Part shown: piece by piece, positions 27,558 to 36,712 of the stretch
Numbering within the stretch: position 1 is the first letter of the stretch
Layout: each line of letters starts with the position of its first letter
Assembly: GCA_963677465.1 (NCBI GenBank)
Contig: OY781976.1
Coordinates: forward strand, 5,247,678 to 5,311,677
Source of the DNA: an uncultured Desulforhopalus sp.
Lineage (GTDB): Bacteria > Desulfobacterota > Desulfobulbia > Desulfobulbales > Desulfocapsaceae
Length of the DNA stretch: 64,000 nucleotides
Direction of reading: 5' to 3'
Position numbers and translations under genes: made by a program
The notes under the pieces: model-generated
Seen by the model: the letters and a program-made list of their open reading frames with translations, nothing else
Told to the model about the DNA's origin: nothing
Databases searched by the model: none

Positions 27558-30500
27558 TGGCCGTCTCTTTCTTCGCCCGACAGACCATCCAGACCAACTC
27601 CGGATTAACAGCCGAGACTTCGTTTACGGTGATTTCAAAACCCGCTTCTTTCATCAATTCCACTATATTTTCTGCGGTACGATAGTAGACAGGCCGGCCA
27701 GATAATTTTATGCGGCTATTCTCCAACCGCCAGGACCATGACGGCCGACCTGTCGGCAGCAGCGTAAACCTTGTCACCAGAAGACCTTTATCGCCAAGAG
27801 CCTGAAAACTTCTTTTGCATACAGCAGCAACAGTCGCATCGTCGAGATAGTGCAGCATATCCAAAAGTAAAACGATATCCGCCGGGCGGGAAACAACGGG
27901 CATCTCCGGGGCCCAGCCAACGGTTACCTCTCCCCGGTCAGCCACGGCCAGGGCCGCCACTCTCACCCTCTCGGGATCGGGGTCGATACCAAAAATTTCC
28001 GCGTCACGATACTGTTCCAGACACCAACAGGCCGGCACCCCAAAACCACAGCCAATGTCTATAATGGTTGTAATATTTTCATGTCCGGCTAGCATTCGGG
28101 GCAGATCCTTAAACATCGTATCATACTGTAACTTAAAGCGGGCAAACATCCTTGGATACGGCTCCAGGGTCTGGTAGCGATCACGAATGCGCAGGATGCT
28201 ATTTTTGTTGCTCGAACGGCCAACTTTACGATTTTGCCGAGCCACATAATTATTCAACAGCGGTGGCAGCAACAGAAAGGTACCAAGCAGAGAATAACCA
28301 ATACCAAGTAGAGACGTAATACCAATGCTTCTAAGTAAAGAATGTTCGGCAACAGCGAGCACCCCAAAACCGATCAGGGTAGAGGCCCCGGCCATAAAAA
28401 CAGCGACCCGCACGAGAACATAGGAAGGATGGTTGACATCACGGTATCGCTGATGGGCCCGCACACAAAAAATGGAGTAATCAATGCCCATACCAAGGAT
28501 GACAACCGACAACATAAGCGCCGGTATATCAAGAGGATGGTTGATAAGCTTCAAGGTTCCCAGAGTGCAGATATAGGCAAAAAAAGGTGGCAGCAAGGTG
28601 AGCAGCGTCAGCTGCAGGTTCAGATAGAAAAAAAATGTCAGTAAAACTATGCTGGCAGCAATGATCACCAGCATGGTGGTGAAGGTTGAAAACAAAATAT
28701 CAGCCAGCCTTTTTGTGAAAAAGCTGGCATCAAATATTTTGCCCAGCTTACCATAGCGACTCAAAAAATCAGCGCCGTCATAATATTTGCTCGGTTGAAT
28801 GGTAATAAACTGTATCAGTCCGGAGTTGCTTTCTTTTTCTGAGATACCCAGCAGGCCATAATATTTGGCCGGAATTGGTTGGGACTGTAGGGTAAATGAG
28901 GGGTCAAGCAGAGAAAGAAAATGATTAAAGGCATCAGGCATAAAGCCGAGCTCTGTTCCCGCCGCCCGCAAATCCTCTGCAAGCTGCTTCCCTCTGTGAT
29001 TACTCCAAAACTCATGCCAGGCGGCCAAGTTTTTCCTGGCTCTCTGCTCGCCTGGAAAAATCATCGACGGCACAAAGGCAGCGGTTATGTCCTCATCCTG
29101 GATGTCTTGTTCGATCTTGCCGAGAAGCTGGTCGTTGTCCGTTTGAATTCCGGCAATGCCGGCGATCCTATCGGCCGAATTCATCAGGAAAACCCGTTCG
29201 CCGATATTTCCCCAAACTTCTGTAAACAGTGCATCGGCGGCAAGAGTTTCCTCGCTCACGGTGTTCATGCTGCTAAGACTCACCTCAAATTGCGGTTTGG
29301 CAAAAATGAGCAGGACAACTGCCAGGAGAGCCGCAGCGCAGGCACCCGGCTTCCCGGTACTGTAGAGGATATTAACAAGGCCACGAAGGGGCAGGGCACG
29401 GCCACCGCCCGGCGGCATCACCGGAAAGATTCTCGGAAAAATTGTATGGACAAAGAGAAAAGAGAAGAAAATGCCAAGGGCGGTGAACTGACCCAGTTCA
29501 GCAAAAATCAAAAACCCGCTGGAGCTGAGAATCAAAAAGGCCCCGATGGAGGTAATGACAGCCATTAAACCGATGGCATAGACCTCATGGGCTGCTTCCT
29601 TGCCCTTGGTCTGATGATTTCGATCAAGAAACAGCAGGTAGGCAATACCATGATCCACCGTGATGGAGATAATCGCCCCACCAAAACCCAGCACCATAAT
29701 CGAGATGGATGAATGAAACAGGGAGTAGACAAAAAGGGCTGCACCCGTACCGGCAAGGGCAGGCACCAGGGATAACAGGCCAAGCAGGGGTCTGGGGAAG
29801 GCAAAAAGAAGGAGCAGGCCAATGCCCACAGTGGCCAGAATCAGGGCCAGTTGAACATCATGGCGGATTATAGTTTCGTTATCAAGAGCCGCCCGATAGG
29901 CCCCCACCGGCGTGAGTGTTACTTCGTGGCCTAACGAGGCGAATTTCTCACTGATTTCCCGGGTACTTTTGGCAATAAGCTCGGAAATCTTCCGGGCAGA
30001 CGCGGTATCGGTACCTGTTGCCCGTGGTCTGGCAACAACCAACAGATGATGACTGTCAGCCGAAAGCAGACTTCCCCGGTAAAATCTGGAGTTCAGCGAA
30101 GGCGCCAGTGGAGCCATCTTGGCAAGGATCAGATCTTTCAAACCAAGGGGATCCAGATCAATAAATTCCGCCTGCCCTATGCCGTCCATGCTACTCAGGT
30201 CCTGATACAGCTTTTGCAGACGTTTATGAATCTGCTCTGAACCAAGCAGTGGCGCGACCTTTTGTTCCAATTCCTTTTTTGAAAACAGTATTGGCAGGTT
30301 TCTCGCCGCGTGAAAGGCCAGCTGTGGAATCAGTTCGCCGATTGCATCGGTACCAACCTGGGCAAACAGGCCACTCTCCTCCATTTTCTTTTCAAGGAGG
30401 GAACCAACCTCAACCAGAGTATCCGGATCATCACTCTCCAGCATAATGTCCACAGCAATTTGATCATGCACGGGATGATGTTCAAAAATATCAAGAGCAT

Positions 30501-30630
30501 CGGCAATAACCTTTTCGCCGGACGGCAGGGAACGGGCCACATCGGTATCGATATCAAGGCGCAGCAGTCCCAAAGCGGCCAAGGTAAAAACAAGCACAGA
30601 AACACCGGTGAGCAGTCGATAATTGATCAT
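27547..30630 (-). CDS. MMPL/RND-superfamily lipid exporter fused to a C-terminal class I SAM-dependent methyltransferase
   Basis: 1027 aa. The first ~780 aa have the two-fold 1+5 TM pattern with large periplasmic loops of MMPL-type exporters. The last ~200 aa contain SAM-binding motif I (IIDIGCGFGVPACW), FGIDPD and LLLDMLHYL. Confidence 0.75.
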   Translation of the reverse strand: MINYRLLTGVSVLVFTLAALGLLRLDIDTDVARSLPSGEKVIADALDIFEHHPVHDQIAVDIMLESDDPDTLVEVGSLLEKKMEESGLFAQVGTDAIGELIPQLAFHAARNLPILFSKKELEQKVAPLLGSEQIHKRLQKLYQDLSSMDGIGQAEFIDLDPLGLKDLILAKMAPLAPSLNSRFYRGSLLSADSHHLLVVARPRATGTDTASARKISELIAKSTREISEKFASLGHEVTLTPVGAYRAALDNETIIRHDVQLALILATVGIGLLLLFAFPRPLLGLLSLVPALAGTGAALFVYSLFHSSISIMVLGFGGAIISITVDHGIAYLLFLDRNHQTKGKEAAHEVYAIGLMAVITSIGAFLILSSSGFLIFAELGQFTALGIFFSFLFVHTIFPRIFPVMPPGGGRALPLRGLVNILYSTGKPGACAAALLAVVLLIFAKPQFEVSLSSMNTVSEETLAADALFTEVWGNIGERVFLMNSADRIAGIAGIQTDNDQLLGKIEQDIQDEDITAAFVPSMIFPGEQRARKNLAAWHEFWSNHRGKQLAEDLRAAGTELGFMPDAFNHFLSLLDPSFTLQSQPIPAKYYGLLGISEKESNSGLIQFITIQPSKYYDGADFLSRYGKLGKIFDASFFTKRLADILFSTFTTMLVIIAASIVLLTFFFYLNLQLTLLTLLPPFFAYICTLGTLKLINHPLDIPALMLSVVILGMGIDYSIFCVRAHQRYRDVNHPSYVLVRVAVFMAGASTLIGFGVLAVAEHSLLRSIGITSLLGIGYSLLGTFLLLPPLLNNYVARQNRKVGRSSNKNSILRIRDRYQTLEPYPRMFARFKLQYDTMFKDLPRMLAGHENITTIIDIGCGFGVPACWCLEQYRDAEIFGIDPDPERVRVAALAVADRGEVTVGWAPEMPVVSRPADIVLLLDMLHYLDDATVAAVCKRSFQALGDKGLLVTRFTLLPTGRPSWSWRLENSRIKLSGRPVYYRTAENIVELMKEAGFEITVNEVSAVNPELVWMVCRAKKETAIAL

Positions 30631-30639
30631 GATTTTTTA

Positions 30640-31377
30640 TTACAACAACTTGAAAGTAACAAGAGCAGCCAGTGCAGCAAGAACCAGCAAAACGGCCAAA
30701 GAGGCAGGACGCAAAAGCCTTTTATTATTCTGGTAAAATTCGTTGGCCTTTTGGATAAACGGCAGGCCGCCTAAAATGCTTCGCAGCCAATTGATCACCA
30801 CCGTCCGGTTATCGGAACCCACCAAGCCCTGGAAGGCACACATTGGGGAGAGTGCATAAAAATCCCTGTTATGACGTCGTAATAACTCATCAAAGGGAAT
30901 ACCATTCCAGCCGTGCTGGATAATGACCTTGGCAAACGACTCATTTAAAGCATAGGCATGGGCCAGGCAGCGGTAGGTAATGTCGGCGAGGTTTTTCTTT
31001 TCCTTTTTACTGCCATCCGTAATGCAACCAAGAAAAAAAGCATTCCATTGGCCTATAGCATCAAGAGAGCAACAGCCTTCATGCAAGACATGGTGATCAA
31101 AACCTTGAAAGAAAACGTCGTCTTCAAAGATGAGGATATGCCTGGCATTTTCCTTCAGGCCCATTTTTAGACAGATCATGTGGGACTGAAAGATACCCTC
31201 TTCCGGGTTCACAGGATGTTTTGCCACAATGACAAATTCGACCCGCGGCAACAGTCCAACAGCGGCAAACTGTTGTCTGGCATGCTCTGTTCTATCCGGG
31301 CGCGAATCCAGAGAAATGCAATAGATTTTGTCGAAAAAGGCCCAACTGTCAGGTGGGTTGGATTCCAAGAGATTCAC
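30640..31377 (-). CDS. Glycosyltransferase family 25-like protein with a C-terminal TM anchor
   Basis: N-terminus FDKIYCISLDSRPDRTEHARQQF is typical of GT25 LPS-core glycosyltransferases. C-terminal hydrophobic helix LAVLLVLAALAALV. GTG start. Confidence 0.55.
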   Translation of the reverse strand: MNLLESNPPDSWAFFDKIYCISLDSRPDRTEHARQQFAAVGLLPRVEFVIVAKHPVNPEEGIFQSHMICLKMGLKENARHILIFEDDVFFQGFDHHVLHEGCCSLDAIGQWNAFFLGCITDGSKKEKKNLADITYRCLAHAYALNESFAKVIIQHGWNGIPFDELLRRHNRDFYALSPMCAFQGLVGSDNRTVVINWLRSILGGLPFIQKANEFYQNNKRLLRPASLAVLLVLAALAALVTFKLL

Positions 31378-31487
31378 CTTGCTGGTCTTGTTAACTGTTG
31401 ATTGATGAGCTTTTGGGGTATATCCTATCGTTTATAAGTAATCTATTTCTTACCAAGGCACTTTGAACCGTTTTTTCCCATTGCATT

Positions 31488-31853
31488 ATGACGCGACTAA
31501 TCAGACAGGGTATATTTAAAATCAGCGAGCTGGACTATGTCCGCTCTGCCATTCTTGAGCAGGCCGACCTGTCTGCCTTTAAAGAGAGACCTACCTTCAG
31601 GATTCTGGCCGGTGTCTTTTGTATCGGCTTTAGTTTTGTTCTGGGCTGGCCGACAATTACTGTTCTCGGCATCCTATCCGTCAAGCTGCAAAATCCCTGG
31701 ATCGTCGCCGTGGGTGGACCTGCCACCTACGGCTTATCACATCTGGTTTTTCTGTTCGGCATGTATCTTTCCGGGGCAAAATACTCGCTTATATTTCTTC
31801 GTTGGCTGACCAAGATTTCCATGGAAAAATTGCTCGCCTGGACCAAGAGATAA
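31488..31853 (+). CDS. Hypothetical 3-TM membrane protein
   Basis: 121-aa ORF divergent from the GT25-like gene with three hydrophobic helices. I recognised no family. Confidence 0.4.
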   Translation: MTRLIRQGIFKISELDYVRSAILEQADLSAFKERPTFRILAGVFCIGFSFVLGWPTITVLGILSVKLQNPWIVAVGGPATYGLSHLVFLFGMYLSGAKYSLIFLRWLTKISMEKLLAWTKR

Positions 31854-31873
31854 CTGCTAACCGCACAACATTA

Positions 31874-32701
31874 TTATTTTCTCATTGCCCCGGTCACATC
31901 ACGCATACGCACACCGGTTACTGTTTCAAAGACCAGCCCATCATTGCCAAAAATAACCAGATCAAAAACCAGTTCGATGTCTGTCTGCATGACTTGCCGG
32001 ACTTTTGTGTAGTAACAACATCCCAATTGGGTCGGCCTGGTTATCACCCGCCTGTCAAAACCCACAGGAAAGGGCACAAAGCTGACAGCTTGTTGCCCGA
32101 GAACACAGGCGGCATGGAGCGCGCCATCCAGCGGAAAAGGTGAACCGATAATTTCCTGAACAGGATCTATTGCTAATTCGGGAGCTTTCAGCCTGCCCCA
32201 GGCCTCATGGCCGGAGAGGTAAAGGGTTTCCTGAAGCGTCTGGTAGTGCGAGCCAAAGGGAACCAGTTCACGGTACAGATGTTCCACCTTGATTTCAGTC
32301 ACCGGCCCTTTTGGCGGAGTACTGTCTATACTTGGTGATGGCTGACTGTGACTCTTGTGATTATCAGCCGGAGAAAAAACAACGGTGCCGTGCTCTTTGA
32401 TCCTGCTCATCGCCTTAAATTGCATCCGGCTGAGCAATTTAAGCTGCACCCGGCCATCACTTAAAACTTCACTTTCAACAAGGCCGTCAACCGTTGCGGT
32501 TGCCGGAGGAATTTCCAGGAACTTGGCAAAGCAAACATCTTCCATCACCCTGATATCGACTTGCGGATATAGCTGGCTTGCCTTGGCGGCAAGCAGGAGC
32601 ATGGTCTCCACCGCAGGCAGGACGATTTTACCTGCAAAGCAGTGATCCCGAAACCATGGTTTAACAGGAATTGTCAGAGGAAGGCGCCCGTCCACCATCA
32701 A
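31874..32701 (-). CDS. Free-standing polyketide-synthase-type dehydratase (double hot-dog, PS-DH)
   Basis: HxxxGxxxxP motif (HCFAGKIVLP) near the N-terminus and a DxxxH motif (LDGALHAAC) in the second half. The 275-aa length fits a double hot-dog fold. Confidence 0.65.
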   Translation of the reverse strand: MMVDGRLPLTIPVKPWFRDHCFAGKIVLPAVETMLLLAAKASQLYPQVDIRVMEDVCFAKFLEIPPATATVDGLVESEVLSDGRVQLKLLSRMQFKAMSRIKEHGTVVFSPADNHKSHSQPSPSIDSTPPKGPVTEIKVEHLYRELVPFGSHYQTLQETLYLSGHEAWGRLKAPELAIDPVQEIIGSPFPLDGALHAACVLGQQAVSFVPFPVGFDRRVITRPTQLGCCYYTKVRQVMQTDIELVFDLVIFGNDGLVFETVTGVRMRDVTGAMRK

Positions 32702-33174
32702 CGGGGAAACTCTTGCCAGAGGTTGATGGTTTTTTGATCAATCTCCACCGGAATACTCTTCTCATTGACCGCACAGTGCCTCGTGAAACCGGTGCAACAG
32801 GTTTCGCCGTTATCGGCTCTGGTGATCAGGTAATCAAACTGGAGTTTAACCATCTCAATTTTGGCGGGCCGGGTGTAAATATACATCAGGTCATCATAGA
32901 AGAGTGGCGAGTAATAATTAAGCTCTGTTTTTATAATGGGATAAATATAACCGCTTTCCTCGATTTTCTTATACGGATAGTTTGCCCCGCGCATCAGTTC
33001 TGCCCGGCCAAACTCAAAGTATTTCAAATAGTTGGCATGATAAACAACCTGGGAACGATCGGTATCGACATAGAGGGTACGCAGTTCACAACGGTGCCAG
33101 ATCAGCCCGCTGTTCTTATCTTTGACATAGCTGGGTTTATCCAGAAATTCGGGAATAAAGGGTTTTGGTCGCAT
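32698..33174 (-). CDS. Hot-dog fold acyl-CoA/acyl-ACP thioesterase (YbgC/4HBT-like)
   Basis: YVDTDRSQVVYHANYLKYFEFGR motif. Start set at the ATG that overlaps the upstream KS stop (TAATG). The track ORF extends to 33201. Confidence 0.7.
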   Translation of the reverse strand: MRPKPFIPEFLDKPSYVKDKNSGLIWHRCELRTLYVDTDRSQVVYHANYLKYFEFGRAELMRGANYPYKKIEESGYIYPIIKTELNYYSPLFYDDLMYIYTRPAKIEMVKLQFDYLITRADNGETCCTGFTRHCAVNEKSIPVEIDQKTINLWQEFPR

Positions 33175-34439
33175 TATAATCCTCGAAAGACGATGCAGCA
33201 ATTCGTCCCACCAAAACCAAACGAATTGGAGAGGACAAATTCATGTGCATGTTTGCGGGCGGTACCTGGAACCACATCCAGGTCATCAAAGGCAGGATCC
33301 GGAATATGATTAACGGTGGGCAGGACGATGCCCTGTTGCATGGCCTCGATAGCCAGTGCCGCTTCAATGGCGGCAGAAGCTCCAAGTGAGTGTCCGACCT
33401 GGGATTTGTTTGACGACACCGGAATGTTCGATACATTTTTACCGAAAACCGCCCGCAGGCACTCTACTTCCGTGCCATCACCTGTTGGCGTTGAAGTGCC
33501 ATGGGCATTTAAGGCACCAATGTCTGCCGGCGAAATCTCGGCATCAGCAATAGCATCATGCATGGCCCGGATAATGGTCGTACTATTTGGTCGGGTAAAA
33601 TGCAGGGCATCAGAGTTCCAGCCGATACCGGCAACTTCTGCCTTTGCCGTGAGACCTAAAGACTGGACGGCATCTTCGGCTGCCAGAACCAAAACGCCAG
33701 CCCCCTCTGCCAGAACAAAACCTTTGCGATCCAAACTAAATGGCCTTGAGGCTTGGGTGGGATCTTCGGCTGCACGATCTTTCGGGCTCACTTTGATGGT
33801 CGCCTGCATATTAGAAAAGCCCTGGATAATCTCCGGAACAAGGCATGTTTCAACACCACCGGCCAGAACGAAATCACAATCACCGTCCCGAATCATTCTT
33901 GCCCCGAGGGCAATGGCGTGATTGCCTGAGGCACAGGCCCCCTGGGGAGAAAAAATAGGCCCGGTGAAGCCCAGCAGCATGCCAGCCTTACCACCGGGCA
34001 GATTGGCACAAACATTGGGCAACAGATAAGGACTGACCTTCAACGGACCTTTATTGACATAATTATCCATTGCAATCCGGTAGGAATCAGTCCCATTCAG
34101 AGCTGATCCTATCAAACAACCTGTTCTGGGGCCGGTCTCACCATTTATTTCCAGTCCGGCATGAAGAAGGGCTCTCCGGCACACTTCCATGGTCAAAAAG
34201 ACATAATCAGCATTCCAGAGCGAGGCCTCTTTGCGGTTTACATAGGCAAGCTGGCTTGGATCCCAGTCGGGAATCTGCCCCACCACATTGCTGCGGCTTT
34301 TGGTCTCGCAACGGGTGAGTCTGCAAAAACCGGCCAATCCATCGACAGCGCCCTCCCATGTCGTGGCAAAAGTGTTACCCAGGGCAGTGGCGGTGTCATA
34401 GCCTACTACCATAACCCTTCTATTCAGTGGTGCCTTCAT
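33174..34439 (-). CDS. Beta-ketoacyl-ACP synthase (FabF/KAS II-like, Cys-His-His)
   Basis: Active-site Cys in GACASGNHAI. His motifs NAHGTSTPTGD and VGHSLGASAAIE. C-terminal NSFGFGGTN. Confidence 0.9.
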   Translation of the reverse strand: MKAPLNRRVMVVGYDTATALGNTFATTWEGAVDGLAGFCRLTRCETKSRSNVVGQIPDWDPSQLAYVNRKEASLWNADYVFLTMEVCRRALLHAGLEINGETGPRTGCLIGSALNGTDSYRIAMDNYVNKGPLKVSPYLLPNVCANLPGGKAGMLLGFTGPIFSPQGACASGNHAIALGARMIRDGDCDFVLAGGVETCLVPEIIQGFSNMQATIKVSPKDRAAEDPTQASRPFSLDRKGFVLAEGAGVLVLAAEDAVQSLGLTAKAEVAGIGWNSDALHFTRPNSTTIIRAMHDAIADAEISPADIGALNAHGTSTPTGDGTEVECLRAVFGKNVSNIPVSSNKSQVGHSLGASAAIEAALAIEAMQQGIVLPTVNHIPDPAFDDLDVVPGTARKHAHEFVLSNSFGFGGTNCCIVFRGL

Positions 34440-34448
34440 ATTTGGTAT

Positions 34449-35699
34449 CTATCTTACTTTTTTGAATATTGCACAGGCATTACAACCGCCGAAGCCAAAG
34501 GAATTTTTCAGAATGAATTCCTGTTCCAGAGAGCGTTTCCCTTCGACCACACAATCGATCTCAATTTCCGGATCAGGAGTGTAATTGATGGTGGGCGGTA
34601 CAATACTGTCTTCCATGCCTCGCAGGGCAAAGATGGATTCAATGACACTGGATGCCCCCATAGCGTGACCAATAAGCGATTTGTTGGCACAAACCGGCGG
34701 CAATGCCGCACCGAAAATTGCCTTCATCGCGTCATATTCAACCTTATCACCAACTCTGGTTGAAGCTGCATGGGCGTTTATTGCCGTAATATCCTGGGGT
34801 GCAAGCGAGGCATCGGTAATGGCATCAAGCATACACTTTTTGACGGTATCCAGATAGGGGGCAACGAAATGATGGGCATCCGAGGTCATACCCCAGCCAG
34901 CCAATTCCGTCTTATAGCCGAGACCATGGGTCTCGGCAAATTCCCTGGTGGTGAGAATCACCGCCCCGGCCCCTTCAGAAATGACAAAACCGCGCCGATC
35001 CACCGAAAAAGGCCTGCTGGCTATTTCCGGCCTATCATTTTCCCTGCCTTTCGTGGGGTTGTAGACACCGTTCATGGTATAGAAACCGGCGACAATAGGT
35101 TCAACCAAAGCAAAATCCACCGCCCCGCAGATGACGACATCGGCGCGATTCTGGGCCAGGAACATGGCACCAATGATCATCGATGTAAGGCCGGTGGCGC
35201 AGGCAGTAATAGTGGAGGTGATTGGCCCCTGGGCCCCGGTGAGCATGGCTATCTTGCCACCGACCATATTGATGCAGGAGTTGGGATTGACATAGGGCAA
35301 GGGCAGTTTGTTCTCTGCCTGCAACCGGCGATCGGCATTCAGAACCGCGTCCAGCCCGCCAATGGCAGAGCTATAGGTAACCGCTGTTCGAAGAGCAATA
35401 TCCGGGGTTAACTCGATGCCGCTTCGCCCAAGGGCCCTTGCCACCGAAAGCATGGAATACTTGAAGATCGGAGAACTCCAGGCCGCCTGATGCCTGGCCG
35501 ACAGGAAGGGATAGTCTTCATCATCGATATCCGGCACCTGCCCGGCAATATGGACGGGGAATTTATCCGGTAGCGGGAAGCGGGTCAAAGGGCCTATGCC
35601 GCTTTTCCCTGCAAGGGCCTGCTGCCACTGCTTGGCCAAATCACTTCCCAGGGGAGAAATGGCATCATAACCGACGATGACCGCGTCTTTTCCTCCCAT
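34449..35699 (-). CDS. Beta-ketoacyl-ACP synthase (FabF/KAS II-like, Cys-His-His)
   Basis: Active-site Cys in ITACATGLTSM. His motifs NAHAASTRVGD and IGHAMGASS. C-terminal NSFGFGGCN. Confidence 0.9.
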   Translation of the reverse strand: MGGKDAVIVGYDAISPLGSDLAKQWQQALAGKSGIGPLTRFPLPDKFPVHIAGQVPDIDDEDYPFLSARHQAAWSSPIFKYSMLSVARALGRSGIELTPDIALRTAVTYSSAIGGLDAVLNADRRLQAENKLPLPYVNPNSCINMVGGKIAMLTGAQGPITSTITACATGLTSMIIGAMFLAQNRADVVICGAVDFALVEPIVAGFYTMNGVYNPTKGRENDRPEIASRPFSVDRRGFVISEGAGAVILTTREFAETHGLGYKTELAGWGMTSDAHHFVAPYLDTVKKCMLDAITDASLAPQDITAINAHAASTRVGDKVEYDAMKAIFGAALPPVCANKSLIGHAMGASSVIESIFALRGMEDSIVPPTINYTPDPEIEIDCVVEGKRSLEQEFILKNSFGFGGCNACAIFKKVR

Positions 35700-35706
35700 A
35701 TGATTT

Positions 35707-36705
35707 TTACCAGGGGATAAATTGATAGAGCTTGGCGAACATTTCGTAGACCTCGATCCAATTCTGCAGATCTTTCGGAGTTTTGATATGAGCCCGCTTG
35801 TTGACCATGGCCCAACTCATATGGGCAGCACCATCCTTGCAGGTGCTACAGTCACGGGTTTCCGAGGTACAACAGCGATGCATGGTCTGCAAGTCAGAAG
35901 ACCAGCGAATAAAATTGGTCAAGCGCTTGGGGCGTGGGTCTCTCTTGTCGATGGGTTCGGTCACCGAGGGACATTCCATCCAGCCAAAAGTCCGGCCGAG
36001 CATTTTTCCGGTGGTGATAATCTCGTGGTAATATTTACAGGAAATAACTGTCTCCGGGTACTTGTCCAACATATCATCCATTTCTGCGCGAATGGCGATC
36101 AGTTCCTCAGGTTTCCAGGAAAAGCCATCCACATCTTCGTCGTTGGACAGAAGCTGCATTTGCACCTTTAGGCCCACATCCTTAATCTTACGGATGATCT
36201 TTTCTGTCTTACCAAGTTGCTTCGGGGTGATGGTGTACAGATAATATGCGTGGGGATCACCCTGGTAGTTGGCACTGGAGATCTTGAAAGTGTCTTTGCC
36301 GCGAAGAGTCGTCTCGTCTTCAGCATCACCCCACAGCGAGATACCGACCATCATCTCCGGGAAACGATCTCTGGGGACTTTAATTAACCCATTGGTGGCA
36401 CAGAAGGTGGGCAATCTTTTGTAAAAGGCCTCAACTCGATCGAGACAAAGTGTCGGTTCGCCGCCGATCAGAATAGCCAGGTTTACCCCGCGAGCCATCT
36501 CTTTTTCCACAAAGGCATGCCATTTATTGACGTCCTTTTCCTCGGATGCCACCTCGTGTTCACCGGAGGAAAAGAAGAAACAACCCTTGCAACGCAGGTT
36601 ACAACGGTCTGTCACATCATAGATGGAGCTGCGAATGTTGAGCTTGGAAATTTTTTTATAGCGATCATACCAGTGATCATCGAGGAGAGAACTGACAGTT
36701 ATCAT
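35707..36705 (-). CDS. Radical SAM protein (paralog A of a tandem pair)
   Basis: CxxxCxxC motif DRCNLRCKGCFF, GGEPT, and a C-terminal Cys cluster (CCTSETRDCSTC). Clearly paralogous to the next gene. Confidence 0.85.
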   Translation of the reverse strand: MITVSSLLDDHWYDRYKKISKLNIRSSIYDVTDRCNLRCKGCFFFSSGEHEVASEEKDVNKWHAFVEKEMARGVNLAILIGGEPTLCLDRVEAFYKRLPTFCATNGLIKVPRDRFPEMMVGISLWGDAEDETTLRGKDTFKISSANYQGDPHAYYLYTITPKQLGKTEKIIRKIKDVGLKVQMQLLSNDEDVDGFSWKPEELIAIRAEMDDMLDKYPETVISCKYYHEIITTGKMLGRTFGWMECPSVTEPIDKRDPRPKRLTNFIRWSSDLQTMHRCCTSETRDCSTCKDGAAHMSWAMVNKRAHIKTPKDLQNWIEVYEMFAKLYQFIPW

Positions 36706-36712
36706 AATATTA

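Noticed and set aside
28921-29568. 215-aa plus-strand ORF inside the MMPL region.
   Set aside because: Antisense to the 1027-aa MMPL-methyltransferase ORF, which has a coherent TM topology. The plus-strand product is highly basic and low-complexity.
32671-35411. Series of 200-213-aa plus-strand ORFs (32671-33309, 33316-33921, 34161-34763, 34770-35411).
   Set aside because: All are antisense to the thioesterase and the two ketosynthase genes, which have intact Cys-His-His motifs. The translations are Gly/Arg/Pro-rich shadow-frame products.
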